64,000 nucleotides of DNA from Rhizaria sp. SCN 62-66 (lineage: Eukaryota), in NCBI GenBank assembly GCA_001724265.1, contig MEDY01000240.1, positions 1-64,000 on the forward strand, in the 5' to 3' direction. The notes under the pieces were generated by a model that was given only the letters and a program-made list of their open reading frames with translations, ran no database searches and was not told the origin of the DNA. Below, piece after piece: positions 22,354 through 36,068 of this stretch (position 1 is its first letter; the number at the start of each line of letters is the position of its first letter). Both the position numbers and the translations under genes were made by a program.

Positions 22354-24363
22354 TTAGACGAGGTCGTGGTGGCACTCGGAGCCCTTGCCGCAGGGCGGGA
22401 AAGGCAGCGTGTCAGGCACCACGCGCACCTGCGTCGTGAAGGCCAGCGTCTGGCCTGTGGTGCCGACGGGAAACTGGAACTCGAAGAAGAAGGCCAGGTA
22501 AGTGCCGTCCGCGGGGGGCTCCAGGCTGTGGCTGTAGACGAGCGTGTCGTTGGCGCCGGCCTTGTAGCCGGTGTTGACGCCGCTGAAGTCGAGGTCGTAG
22601 TTGCTCATGTCGTTGCTGCCCAGGTACTTGGCAAGCGCGGCCGTGGGGACGACGGCGACGGGCTTGATCTTGTGCTCGCTCCAAATGTAGGGCACGATGC
22701 AGTGGTCGTCGTCCATCGCGATGCCGGGGGCCGTGCACGGCGCCCAGGGCTTGATGGCGCGGATCATGCGGAAGTCGCGGCGCTGCGGGCTCGTCTTGGC
22801 CGTCTTGATGCCGAACATGCGTGCAGCTGACGGCGGCGTCGCACCGGGGACGGCGGCCGTGAGCGTGTTCTGGCTGAGCTGCCACGTGAAGTGAGGCAGG
22901 TTCTGGCTGGTGAAGATCGCGGTCATATACCCGGCGACAGCGGCGACGAGCTCCACGGCGCGCGTTGCCAGCGTGTGCTCGCAGCTGGGCAGCATGAGGC
23001 GGTGCGCGCGGCCGCCCTCCTCGAGCTGTGTCCAGAAGGCCAGGTCGTCGTCGAGGAAAAAAAACTCGTCGCCGGTGGCCGAGATGGCCAGCACATTCAT
23101 GCGCTTCAGTTCCTCGAAGTACGTCACGGGGTCGACGACGGACATGAGGTAGTCCATATCGGGCGTGCCGATCGTGTCAGTCACATTCTGCACCCAGTAG
23201 TCCTCCAGTGCGAAGGTCCAGTTGCCCAGCGACTGGTAGATGCGCGGGATCGTTACGCCCATGTTGACCGCGGAGAATACCTGCGGCGCCACGGCCACCA
23301 CGCGGCGCTGCGCGGGCGGCAGCGAGCCCTCGTAAGCGCCCACAAGCCACGACGCGGCGCCGCGCTTCGAGGCGCCGGAAATGAAGTACTTCTCGAACGT
23401 GTCCGGCACAGGGGACGACGACGAGGCGGACTGCAAAAGGTGAACAGAGAGACAATAGAGAATTAAAAGCAAAAGATCTTAGATGTGTGATGATTAGTTT
23501 CAGTAAACAGATTTTCATTCCATATGATTGCCAACATAGCAAATAATTCCTTCTGATCGTTGTTCATTGTGCCCTGAAGCACGGTGCTCACGTACCCACT
23601 GCGTGAGGGCGTCCATGGCCTTGACGACGGCCTTGGTCATGGGGAAGTAGATCGCCCACTCGGGCTGCTTGCGCTCAAACGCCATGCGCCAGGTGTAGGC
23701 CACCAGCGCGTCCTCCGAGCGGAACTTGTACTGCGGATCCTTTACAAAGCGCAGGCTCTGGTTCGGGATCTGGAACAGCACGGCGACAATGGCGTTGGCC
23801 TTGGTGGCGAGCAGCGAGCCGACGACGATGTCGATGTTCTTGGCGTCAGGGTAGTCGTCCGGGTTGCCGCCATTGTGGCCCTTGGTGACGTAGATGCCGA
23901 TCTTGGTGGTGGAGAGCAGCGTGACGCCGCGCGGCACAAGCACGACAATCTTGTGCGTCCAGACGTGGCCGCCGTCGGTGATGTCGTCGGCCGTCAGCCA
24001 GATCTGTGAGGTCATGTTGAGCACGTACGCGTCGTAGATGTCGGTCGAGTAGGTGATGCCCGTGTCGTGCCACGCGAAGGCAGAGTCGTTGCGCGCGACG
24101 TACTCGTACAGCGGGCGCTCGTTCCCGCGCATGCGGCGAGCGAGCTCAGGGGAGAGCTCGTCCGCGGTGGCCGTGCGGCCGGTGTGCTTGACCGAGGGCG
24201 AGGCGCGGTGCGCGGGGAGGTCGTCGAGCGGGCGGTCGAAGTAGTCGGTGTAGGACGACACGGCCGCGGAGACCGGGGATGAGAGCAGCGCAACGGCCAG
24301 CAGCGCGAGCGTCGCCAAAAGCGAGGCAAGTCGGCCGGCGGAGCAATGACGCGAGAACATCAT
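22354..24363 (-). CDS. secreted PhoPQ-activated pathogenicity-related (PqaA/AprA-like) alpha/beta hydrolase, 2 exons, ~614 aa
   Basis: Signal peptide, LNMTSQIWL, QIPNQ, RSEDALVAYTW, FPMTKAVVKAMD, GASKRG nucleophile motif, ATGDEFF and PSCEH. Exons 24363-23596 and 23430-22354; intron GTACGT..TTGCAG, 165 nt. Ends TAA. Confidence 0.88.
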
Positions 24364-25072
24364 CGGCTCTATGGGCGCGAATGAAGGTGCGGTGAGGCGG
24401 GAGTCAATGTTATGGGGCCACGAGGAAATGAGACGGGTATAAGTGATAAATAAGATATGAAAACAGATGTCAAATGCATACTATGTGTGTCAAGTACGGG
24501 GGCATAACATATACGGATGATACTATGTTCTGCTGCAGTTCAGATGAGACAGATCAAGTTTTGTGCGAGGGTTTCTCGCTCCGAGACGCTGCTTTGGGGA
24601 GCAAGTTCGGGTGCGATTGCGGAACACTAATACAAACAGCACGCGCATTTCATTATTCGGAATATAGACATAGATATCGGCTATAACGCACTCACTTGAC
24701 TAAAGAATAGCTGACGAAGTATCGATGTCAATAAGAGTTGCTTTTCATCGGAGGATACGTCGCCGCCGCCAGCTTTGAGACTGGTGGTCGCCGATTCGCC
24801 ACATTTTTCGTATTCTTACTCTTTCTGTGAGTCGTTGAGCCCTTCTCTAGACTCAATCCCATACACTCCAAACGTCGTCAATATATGTCTTGATTCTATA
24901 ACGGAATTAAAATGTGGTATATTATCTTTCTATATTACTCATATGTCGTAAAAATACTCATATGTGTCGAAACACGACGTCCATTCCCGACCGTTACCTA
25001 TCGGGTTCACGATGTTTGCTTATCCTTTAGCGCACCACTTCGACTATCAGCTGTGCTGTCCGCGCGCCCGCG

Positions 25073-28000
25073 ATGTCCTCCCCGCTGGGCCCTGCCCCGG
25101 CGCCGCTCGCGCCCGCGCCGCGTGCGCACCGCGAGGACGACCCCACGACGTGGACCTCGGAATCGCTCCTCGCCTCTCTTTCGTCCTCGTCCTCCCCCGC
25201 AGCTGCGAACAACCTCGGCAGCAGTGCCAGTCGCGGCAGCCTCGACCCTCTGGTGGCAGGCGGTGACCCGCGCCTCGCTGCCGCCGCTGCGCCTCCTCTG
25301 TGGCCCATCGCCAACAGCGCTGCCGTTCCGTCTCAAAGTCACGACGACCACAAAGCTTACGACGACCCCAACGACGGATTCGGCGGCACCAGCGGCTTCC
25401 CCTTGGCGCCATTTGCCAACAGTCCGTTCGGTGGCCTGCAGTCGCAGCAGATGCAGCCTTACCCGGAGCTGCACCAGCAGCCGCACATGATGTCGCCCTA
25501 TCTGCCCCAGTCCGTGGCCGTCTCCGCCTCCGACCCAAGCGGCGCCGCCATGACCGCCCCCGGCGCTGCGCTGCCGCCGGGCTTCGCGGTGTCGGCCGCG
25601 GCGACGCTCACGCGCCCGTCGCAGGCCGAGCGCAGCCAGATCAAGGCTCTGTCCGACGCCTTTAGCTACTTCACGTCTCGCATGAACCAGGTCCACAAGA
25701 ACAACAACGCACACAGCTACCCTGCCTCTGCGAGCGGCGGCGGCGGCGGTGGCGGCGGGGGCGGCGGCTCGCACACCCCGCGGCCTCCCGCGACCGCGAC
25801 CGGCGCTGCGTCGGCCACCGGCTTCCTTGTCCCCAGCGGCAGCACTGCCAACCTGGGCCCCGGCGCCGTCGCAGTCGCCCGCCGCCGCACCCGCGCTGCG
25901 CCCCGTCACAACGCGAACGCAGAAACACATCGTGGGGGCGCGAATAGCCACAACAACAACACTCTGAGCGCGAACGTGCCGCCCGCGCAGCACCTGGCGC
26001 AGCTGCTGGCCGTGTGCAAAGAAGAGCAGCTGGTGTACGACCTCTTCTTCCACGAGCTCATCCACCAGCTCGCGCCCCATTCGCGCGACCGCGCCGCGCT
26101 GCTCGAGTCGATCCGACTCCACTACAGCGCGCTCTTCGCGCGCGTGCCGCCCGCGGCCGCCGCTCTGCACAACGAGCTCCAGGCCCAACGCGCGCTCGCG
26201 GGCGCGCTCGGGGAGGAGGTGCAGGAGCTGCGCACCGCGCACGCCGAGTCGGAGCTGGCGCTGGCCACCACCCGCGCGCGGCTCGCAGACACCGTGGCCG
26301 AGGCGGAGCGCACGCGCGCCGAGCTGGACCTGGCCGTGCGCGAGGGCGAGCAGACGACGGCGCTATGGAAGGAGCTCAAGCGCGAGTGGTTGCTCCAACG
26401 CGGGCAGCTCGAGGAGCAGATCGTGCTGCTGCGGCAGCGCAACGAGGACTACCAGGTCGAGTTCGAGGCCATGTCGCTCACGCTCAAAGCCAGCGGCGAC
26501 TCGTCGCTCCCGCTCGCGATCGCGGCCGAGGACGCCGCCAAGGCCGAGGCCGCGGTCGCCGCGCGCGTCGCCGCCGCCGTGGCCGCGCGCGAGGCGACCG
26601 TGCGTGCCGAGCTCGAGGCCGCGGCCGCGGTCAAGCAGGAGGCCGCCGTGGCCGCCGCCGTGGCGTGGGCCCGCAAGCAGGCTGCGGCCGAGGCCGACGA
26701 CGAGGCGCGCGCACGCCACACCCGCGCCACGGCCGCGCACCACCGCGGCAGCGCTGGACTCTTCGGCGCCAAGACCTCGACGGGCGCCCTCGCAACGGTC
26801 TTCGCGGGCGAGGGTGACATGGCGCTTAACGCCGGACTCAACGTTACCGACCAGTCCGGCGACTTCGGCGCCGCTGCGGGCAATGGCGGCAACGGCGACT
26901 TCGCACTGGGAGACATCTTCGGCCCCGGCGCGGACATGAAGGCCGTCGCGGGCGCGTTCGGCATCAGCATCGTCACGCCACGCAACGGCCCCGGCAGCGC
27001 TGGTAGAGGCGAGGGCCCCGACGAGCCCGCGTCGCCGTTTGGAGGGCTCTCGCAGCACGGCGCGCGCCGCGGCAGCTACAGCGGGCAGCAGGCGCATCAG
27101 CCGCAGCACGCAGCCGTGTCCGCAGCAGCATTGCATGCAGCAACTCTCATCGTCGGCAAGCCCTCTCTTGACGGTAACAACAACAGCAGCAGCTGTAGCC
27201 CCAGGAGCGGCGGCCTCCCACTCGGTTTGGACGGGGACTCGGACGGCGCGGCGCTGACGTTCGAGCTGCTGCACGCGGAGCATCAGCGCCACGTGGACCT
27301 CACTGCCGCGCGCCAGACGCACGTCCTGCTGCTGCGCCAGGCGAAGCTGCAGCAGGTGCTAACCGAGCTGGCCGCGCTCGGCGCCGCCGACTACAAGGGC
27401 TCGGGAACCGGTAGCAACAACAGTCGAGGTGCCACTAACACAAACACGAACGCGCTGGAGCTGCTGCTAACGAATGACAACACAATGAAGTCCAACGCTG
27501 CGGCGAGCGATGCTACCAGTGACGTTAGTGCCGCGTCCCGCGCCCGCATCCCCGAGCTGCAGGTCTACGCGCACCGGCTCGCGCGTGAGGCGACGCTGCA
27601 GCAGCAGATTACGGAGGCCGCGGTCGCCGCCTCGCTGGCCATCCGCACCGTGCGCAAGCCCGACGCGGCCCTCGCCAGCGCCACCGCGGGCGCCGTCGCC
27701 GCGCTCGCCGCCGCGCTCAGCGCGAGCCCGAGCTTCAGCGTCCCGAGCGCTAGTGCAAACACGGTTGCGCTGGCGGGCACTGCGGCGACCACGAGTCCGC
27801 GCGACGGCACAAGCACGAGCCCTGGGAGCGTCAACAAGGCGGGCCGCCGCGGCAGTCTCGTACGCGGGGCCTCGGGCCACAAGGGCGGCAACATCAACAG
27901 CACCATCAGCCATAGCCACAGCAACTCGAGCGCCAGCGGCAGCAGGAACAGCTTCAGCCAGGGCAACGGGCTCAGCGTCACAACACCGCAGCATCAACAG

Positions 28001-29892
28001 CAACAGCAGCACGGTGACGGCGCGCAACCGGCCTCACCCAGCGGTTTCTTCAACAGCCCCGCTGTCCCCGGCCACGGCCACGGCCTGCCGCAGCTCACTG
28101 TAAGCACCGCCGCGGACGTCGCCGTCACGATCACCGACGCGGCGCCCGCCACCGCGGTGACGGCGGCCGCGTGGACCGCCTTCAAGGCCTCTCTAGTCGA
28201 TATCACGCCGACGGCGATCAACCCCGTCACGCAGGCGCCCGCGCTGTCTTCGCTGGCGACAGCGGCCGCGGCTGCGCTGGCGGTTCCCGCGCCGCTGGCC
28301 GTGCCCCCCATGACGCTGTTGTCGCTGTCGGGCTCTACCCCGGGCAGCCCGGCCGGCAGCCGCATCGCCTCCCCGTCGCCTCTGCAGAACAACAACGCGT
28401 ACAGCAACGCGAGCGCGGACGCCACACAGCGCCCTCTGTTGGCGAGCTCGGCCACCGCAGCAGCCTCCAGCTCCACTGCGTCTGCGCCTATGACTGCGCC
28501 TGGAAGTGCGTCTGTGACCGCGGGCCCGGGCGCGAGCGTCGTCGCCCAGCAGGCCAGCGCGCTGGGTTTCCCTCTCATCAGCACCGAGCTGGGCTCGGAC
28601 GTCATCCCCGCCGCCTTCCCCGCCGCCTCGCAGTCGCTGCACAACGCCGCCGCCGCGGCGCCGTTGCTCGCGGCCTACCGCGCGGGTGCGCTGCTCTCGC
28701 TCCCCGCGCTCTCGGCCGCCGCGGCCAACGGCGGGAAGGGCGGCAACAACAACGCTCCCGGTACGGCGCCATCAGCTGGGGCAGGCTCCAACACGACGGT
28801 GACCGTGAACAGCAGCGGCACGCGCTCTCGCCGCAACACAATCTCGCCGCGCTCTCAGACCCGCGCGGGCGCCCCGGCACAAGCGCAGGCGCAGGCGCAG
28901 GGGCAGGTGCAGTCTGTGTCGGGGGCTCGCTCGCGCCGGTCCTCTCTCGTCTCGCTGCTCGGCTCTTCCGAAGCCCCCCCGGCCGTTGCACGCAGCGCCA
29001 GCACCAGCGGCGGCGCGAGGGCGGGCGGTAGAGGCCCCGCGTCGCTGGTGGCCGTGGCACAGCTGCTCGACTGCGCGCTCGCGGCGCCCTCATCGCTCGC
29101 ACACGCCGCCTTCAAGGCCTTCGTCCCGCTCGCCGACCGCCCCGTCTCTGCCGCGAACAGCAGCAGCAGCAGTGGCGCTGGCGGCAGAAACGCCAAGCCC
29201 GGCTCTGCTGCGACCTTTGCGAGCCTCGCCAACCTGGACGCGCACGTGCGCTTCCCGGTCGCGTCACGCGTAGCGCAGGTCAAGGCGCTGCTGCCGCACG
29301 TGGCCGACGACGTCGTCGTCGCCGCGCTGCGCGACGCCGAGGCCGAAGCGTACAAGGCGTTGTTGAAGCTCACGCGGCCGCCCACAGTCGTCGCCATCAA
29401 CTGGGCCAACACGGGTGCAAACACTGGTGCGCAAACGAGCTTCTCCGACGCTAACGCCAGTCAGCGCTCGAGCGGCGGGCTCAACTCGCTTGTCATCAAC
29501 ACCAACAGCAATGCAGCAGCGAGTGCTCAGCAGCAGCAGGCCCAGAGCGGCGGTTTCTCGCTCAAGTCTCTGTTCCGCGGCTTCATGTCGTCTTCGTCCA
29601 CCTCGTCCCTCTCGGCGGTGACTGGTGCGTCCCCCGTCGCCGTCACCGCGACCCCGGCGACCGCAACCGCGACCGCAGCCGGTCTGCGGGACATGGGTCC
29701 ACCTAGCAGCCCGCTGATGGGGCCGACGCGCCCGCACACGCGGCTGCACACGCACGCCACCAGCGCCATCTCGAGCGCGCAGGGCCAGAGCCGCGGCCAG
29801 CCGCAGAGCCAGAGGCGGGGACGCGACCAGTACAACGGCGACGACAATGATGACAACAGCAATGCCCCGAACAACAACCTCGGCCTCCCCTC

Positions 29893-29929
<37 letters not shown>

Positions 29930-30113
29930 AACGCCAGCGCCGCAGCGGCCGCGGCGGACGGCTCAGACCCGCTGGCCCGCATGTCGCGGCTCATTGCTCA
30001 GCAGCAGGAGCGCTCCGCCGGCAGCGAGAGCCGCAACGCCCGCCGCAACAACAACAACAACAACAGCAGCAGCAGCAACAGTAGCAACCGCACCGGCAGA
30101 GCCGACAATGACA

Positions 30114-30144
<31 letters not shown>

Positions 30145-33100
30145 TGCTGATTACGACGCTAACGCTGCTCAGTACGACGACTCAGCGGATGCCAGCGCTC
30201 TCGTCGCTGCCGGTGTTGCCCTCTCGAAGCGCAAGCAGAAGCATCAGCAGCAGTCATCTGGCTTCAACACTGCTCGCGGCGGCAATGGCGGTGCTCGCCG
30301 CAGCAGCCGCCGCCGCCCCGCCGCCCCGCGCCGGCTTGAGTCGCCGCCATCGTCGGAGCTCTCCGCCTCGTCCGACTACGACGACGCTGACAGCAACGGC
30401 ACCAGTGGCAGCGGCAAGAGCGGAAGCAAGCGCGCGACGGGCAGCGACAGCACCGCACTCATCCCTGTCAACACGACGACGACGACGGCGGTCACGGCTG
30501 CGCCCGTGGCCCCCGCCGGGCTGCGCGTGGCCATCGCGCCCGCCGGCGCCACGCGCGCGCGCTCGCAGGCGGCGCGCGAGGCCGAGTACCGCGCCGTTAT
30601 CACCGCGCTTATCGCCAAGACCGAGACGCTGCAGGACCAGCGCGCGCAGCTCCGCGCGCGCGTCGCCGCGCTTAAGGGTCGCAACGAGCAGCTCGAACAG
30701 GCGCTCGCCGACGTCGACGGCGGCGACGGGCTTGTGCCGCTCTCGAACAACGCGGCCAGCGGTGGCTCCAACAGCGCTAACCCCGGCGTCGGCGGCAACA
30801 TGGGTCTCATCTCACCCCTGGGCGTCCCCACCGGCCCGCTCGCCGCCGCAGACGCCAGCTCCGCCGGCGCCGCTGCGGGCGGCGACTCGGTGGCGGTGCG
30901 CCGCGGCATGCGCGCGCGCGAGGGCCAGTCGCTGCTGGCGCTGTCTCACGCGCTCGCCAACCTGGAAGCCACGGCGTCGGCCGAGGCGCGCCAGACGGCG
31001 CTGCTGGGCGTCGTCGACAGCCTCATCCAGCGCCAGGACGCGCACGCGCGCCTGCAGCGCAAGGCCGCAGAGGAAGAAGCACGGTATGTTGCAGGCACTA
31101 TTTATGGTTTCATTTGCGTCTACTGTTGTATTTTATTGTTTAGGTGTCATTCACTTTGTTTTGCTCAACTATTTACTTCTGGATTCTGTTTTTGTTCTCC
31201 GTATTTTATCTCTTTAGGCAAATGGTGCAGAACTACACTGCCAACGGCGGCAGCAAGAAGGGCGCCAAGGCCAAGGCCAATCCCAATGCCAACGCTGTTG
31301 TCAACAAGCGCGGCACTCTTGGATTCACGGGAGGCTTCGCGCTCATCGGTCTTAACGGCCCTTCCGTCGGCGACGACGGCAACGCGAACGGCGACTACAA
31401 CGACGACGATGATGACGACAACGAGGACGAGGACGAAGAGAGCAACCCTTACGCAACTCCGAATCCCACCGTCACCAACGGCAACGCGGCGCCGCACGCC
31501 TTCTCCAACGGCTTCACCCCGTTCCCGGCCACGTTCAGCAACAACCCCGGCGCCAACGCGGCCGCGGCCAACGGCTACTACACTGCCGGCGCCACCAGCG
31601 TTGCCGCTGACAGCGCGCTGGGCTCGTGGGACGCCACCGCCGCGCTGTCGCCGACGGCGACGATCTTGGGCGCGGTGGCGAGTGGGCAGTCGCTGACGAC
31701 CTTCTCGCGGCTCGCGCGCATGCTCCGCGCCACCAAGGCCCGCGCGGCCACGCTCGCCGTGCGGTCTGCGCGCTACAACGCGGCCCACGGCGCGCACGCG
31801 CCCACGGGCCCCGCGGTCAACGCGCGCACCGGCACCGGCGCCGGCACGGGCGGCAACAACGCTGGGATGGGGGTGCTGGCCGACGACGACGACGTGTACG
31901 CGGCGGCGTTGAACGAGATGGACGCGCGCGAGGCCGCGGCCGCCGCGGGTAGCGTGTCAGCCGGCGTGGCGGGCCAGCGCGGCAGCGCCGGGCAGACTGG
32001 CGTCTCTGCTAGCGGCAAGGCGGGCGGTTTGTCGGGCGCGGCGGCACAGCTGGCCTCGGCCACGGGCGCGGGGTCGTTACCGTGCCTGCTCAAGTGGGTG
32101 CGCAAGACGTGGGACGACAAGACGGCCGCGGACCAGCTCGCGCGCGCGGCGTCGGCGCCCGTGCTGCCGCTGCCCGAGTTCGTCTTCGACGCGCAGCGCC
32201 ATATGTACGGACTCCCCCGCCTCGTCCATAGCAAGACGCTCGAGCTACTGCACGCGCTGTCTGCCTGGCGCGGCTCCTGCGCCGAGGCCGAGTTCGCGGC
32301 GCAGTGCCTGGAGGAGGCGCGGCCGCTAGATGAGCTTGTGCTATTCCTCCGCACGCGCGCCGTCGTCCTGGCCACGCCGCAGGGCGTCTTCTACCAGGTA
32401 CGACTTGCAAATAGCGACGTAACATCTGAATTTGACAATGATTTATGATTAAAATAACTGTTAAGATGGATCTATTTCATCATATATTATAATGCCTTTC
32501 GTCTTGATCTGAAACCAATTATTATAAGTCAATAGCCCCATGATATATCCCTTTCTTGACTTCTTTGACCCTCAAACTCTTTCCGTGTTCTATTTGTTCC
32601 TTGCTACTTTACTCACCCACTCACCCCAGGGCGACACGTCGTCTCCGACGCCGACGGTGCAGGGCTGTGCCGAGTACCTCTCGCTGTCCCGCGCGACGGC
32701 GGCCGTGGACACACTCTTCTCCTCCTCCCCGGCCATCCGCGCCAGCCTCGCGGAGCAGCTCGCTGCGCGCTCCGAGCCTTGGCCCGCGCTCGCGCCTTAC
32801 ATCACCCGCGACCAGCTCGCGTCGTTGCTCGCCGCGGCCGACGCGCCGCCCGGCGTGGACCCCGCGCGTGACCGCCGGCCCGCCGCGCTGTGCGTCGCCT
32901 TCTACGCCTTCGTCGAGCTGATTCTGACGCAGTTCCGCGCGCTCGAGCTCGAGCTGCGCCACCACGAGCTCGCTGAGCGGCTGTTCGCGTCGCAGGACCC
33001 GCTGGGCCAGGGCCGCATCGACTTCCCGGGCTTCAAGGCCATCTTTGAGGCCGCGCGGCCGTCCTACACGCAGCGCGAGATCGCCTCGCTCTTCACCAAC

Positions 33101-34624
33101 CTCACGCGCCAGGCCGGCTCGTCGTCGATCCTGACGCTCGACGTGTTCCGCCGCGTCGCACACGAGCTCATGCTCGCGGGCGTCGTCTTTGCGCCTGTGC
33201 TCTCGGCCGACCCGGGTTCGCGCCACGCGCTGTTGGTCCGGCAGACGGTCACGCAGCACTACGCGCACCTGCGTCCGTTCCTCGACGCGCTACTGGGCCA
33301 CCTCGCGGTCTCCGAGCGGCGCGAGGATGTCGCCGCCGTCGACGCGTGCGCCCGCGTCCGCGCGCTGCTCGAGGCGGATCTGGTCTCCCCGCCCGCAGCC
33401 GCAGCGCAGGGCAGCAGCACCGCTGCCGGCAGCGCCGGGCTGGTCGCCTTCTCTGCGACGAGGCTGCTCGGGTTGTACCGCGCGCTGCTGCACGTCGTGC
33501 TCTCTCATCAGTCGAGCTGGATGCTGTCGGCCGTGTCGCAGCTGCCCTCGGCGCCCGCGCTGCACTGCGAGCTTAAGGCGCTCGAGCACGTCATGCTCTT
33601 CCGCCACCAGCTCTTTGCGCACGGCGGCGCCGACGCGGAGGCCGGCGCCTGGCTCCACAACCTGCACCCAGGGCTCTTTGGCATTGGCAACAACGGAAGC
33701 GGGAATGGTAATCCCAGCTTTATTGGCCACAGCGGGAGCGACGGTGTGCCGATGCTGACGCAGCAGCCGTCTCTCTTCGGGGGCGGCCGTAACGGCGGAC
33801 AACAGCAACAGCAGCAGGATACCGACTGGCTCGGCGCTGGCGCTGGCGCTGGTTCTCGTGTCGGCAGCGCCAGCGCCACCGCCGGTCCTGGCGGGCTCGG
33901 CCGCCGCGGCACCGCCCGCGCCACGCCCACCAACGCCGCCGCCGCCGCCGCCGCCAGTGCCGCCGCCGCTGCTGCTGTGAACGCGGGCACTGCGAGCGGG
34001 CCCTTGTCGCCGTTCAACGGCGCGGCGGGCGGTCTGCGCAGTCCCAAGGGCACAGCGGGCCCCCTGTTCAGCCCTGTCGCGACCGCAAACGAGGTGAACG
34101 GCAACAACAATGCGGACAGTGAGGGCGATAACGGTGCGAACGACGCCGTCTCGTGGCTGTCGGCGTTTGATACCAACGACAGCCCGCCGTTCCCGCCCCC
34201 GGCCGCCGTGGGCGCGCTGAACGGCAAGGGCCAGGCCCAGCAGCAGCAGCAACAGCAGCAGGGCAAGGAGCAGAAGACAGCGACCCCTGCGGTGAGCATC
34301 GCCCGTCTGCGCTCACTGGGTGTGCTCGATAACCCCAATGGCAGCCACAACGGTCAGGCCGCCGCTACGGGCGCGCGCGGCGGCGCCGGTGGCAGGCTGG
34401 GGGCCGCAGGCGCCGCCGCCGTGGCTGGCCACGGTCACGGTCACGCTCGGATCGGCAGCGCGGGCGTTGGTGCGGGCACGAGTGCGAATGGGCTGCAGTA
34501 TCAGCCGGACACGCTGTCGGGGTACATCCAGACGTACGAGGCCGGGTTCATGCCCGAGCTCAACCGGCACGCAGTCCACGCGGTGCGTGCGCGGCAGCAG
34601 CAGGAGCAGGGACAGGGCCAGTGA
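25073..34624 (+). CDS. large protein with N-terminal axonemal dynein light chain (p28/AXDND1-like) domain, coiled coils and C-terminal EF-hand-like region, 3 exons, ~3061 aa
   Basis: EEQLVYDLFFHELIHQL...RDRAALLESIRLHY resembles the Ax_dynein_light domain, and LFASQDPLGQGRIDFPGF is EF-hand-like. Exons 25073-31083, 31218-32397 and 32630-34624 are joined in frame by AT-rich introns GTATGT..TAG (134 nt) and GTACGA..CAG (232 nt). Ends TGA. Confidence 0.78.
29894..29929 (+). repeat. (GAC)12 coding microsatellite (poly-Asp)
   Basis: Perfect GAC run read directly. It is one example of many GAC/AAC/CAG/GCC runs in coding regions. Confidence 0.9.
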
Positions 34625-34955
34625 AGTCTTCGCTTAACGCAACAGTCTTAAGAGACTGATTTGATTTTAATTTACAGACGTATCTGAGTGATTAACATAA
34701 GTAGATATGCATGATTACCAATAAATAGTTTCATTATATTATGCACGTCTTTGTATCATGATAGTTTGTTAAAGTAATCTTGGTGTATTGTCAATAGCAT
34801 GAAAGCACGCCAAACTAAGCAAAGCATTGGGTCAAATCATTTACATGATGGCCCTCATACGACATCTCATGACTTCTTGTTCTTCTTCCTCCATCATTCT
34901 CTCTATCTATCCGTCAACTCAGTTGATCGAGATATGCGCTCACTCGCTCACCCGC

Positions 34956-34994
34956 TCACCGGAAGGCCGCCATGGGCGAGGACGCTGTGAAGGA

Positions 34995-35025
<31 letters not shown>

Positions 35026-36068
35026 ACAGGCGGCGGCGGCGGGTGCCGGCGCGGGTCCGGCTTGTAATCGATGCCCATGTTGAGCCCGGTCTGGCCGGAG
35101 CCCTGCGCGCCCGTCTTGAGCCACTCGGAGAAGGACGGCGGCGCGTGTGGCGCCGTGTAGCCCGTAGACGTCGAGGTCGGCTGCTCGTTGCCGCTCGCGC
35201 CGCCGTTCTCCGCACCCGGCACCGACGAGTCAGCCGCCGTGCCCGCCGCGGGATCCGTCCGCATGTTGGCGCGGGCAGACGCGCGCGCAGCAGCCGCGGC
35301 GCTGGTCCCGGCAGTCGCGCCGGCGGCGGCGCCCGCGCCTGCGGTGGACGTCGCAAAGGCCTCTGACTCGGCGCGCGCGCGGGCGGAGGCCTCCAGGAAC
35401 GAGGGCGAGATCTGCTCGGGCGCGGGAGGCGCGGGGGGGCGCTGTGTCTCGTAGGCGTTGGGCTCAGCGCCCGTGCCGGCGGCGTCGGCGGCGGGGTTCT
35501 CCTCGTCAAAGCCGAGCATGTTGGCGAGGTCGCGCATCGAGGGGAAGAAGTTGTCTTCGGCCTGGGCGTTGAGCGCCATGGCCTCCTGGAGGAAGGCAGT
35601 GATCTCGAGGTCCTGCTGGAGCTGGTCGAACGTCTCAGGCTCATCGCTGAGCGAGTAGACGACCTGCCCGCGCCCGCGGCCGCCGCGCAGGCCCTCGGTC
35701 ACGGAGCGCAGTCCGGCCTGGCGCACCTCGTCGGCGCGGACCTCGGCGCCCGAGCCCGTCTCGATGAACGAGGCACGCGCGATGGCGCCCGCGTCGAAGT
35801 CGACGAGGCGCAGCGCGCGCTCGACCGCGCGACGGTTGATCTCGTCGAACACGGCCACGTCGATGCCCGCGATCGTCGCCGAGGGCGTCTTGGCCGCAGC
35901 CGCGGACGCCTTGTTAGCGGTCGAGGACGCAGAAGAGGCGTGGAGCGAGTTGAGGTGGGAAAAGTCTGTCAGGGCGTGGGCGGGCTGCAGCAGGAAAGTG
36001 GCCGCCAGAGCAGCCACGACTGCACACCACACCACCCCGAATGGGGAGACGAGACGTGAAAACTTCAT
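34956..36068 (-). CDS. secreted Ala/Pro-rich hypothetical protein, ~370 aa
   Basis: Signal peptide MKFSRL...LLQPAHA, SFIE and SFLE motifs, poly-Pro C-terminus and strong GC3 bias. Ends TGA. Confidence 0.8.

Noticed and set aside
31084-31696. C-terminal extension of the 2207-aa ORF (YVAGTIYGFICVYCC...) ending in TGA
   Set aside because: It is read-through into a 134-nt AT-rich GT-AG intron. Splicing shifts to the frame with proper codon bias.
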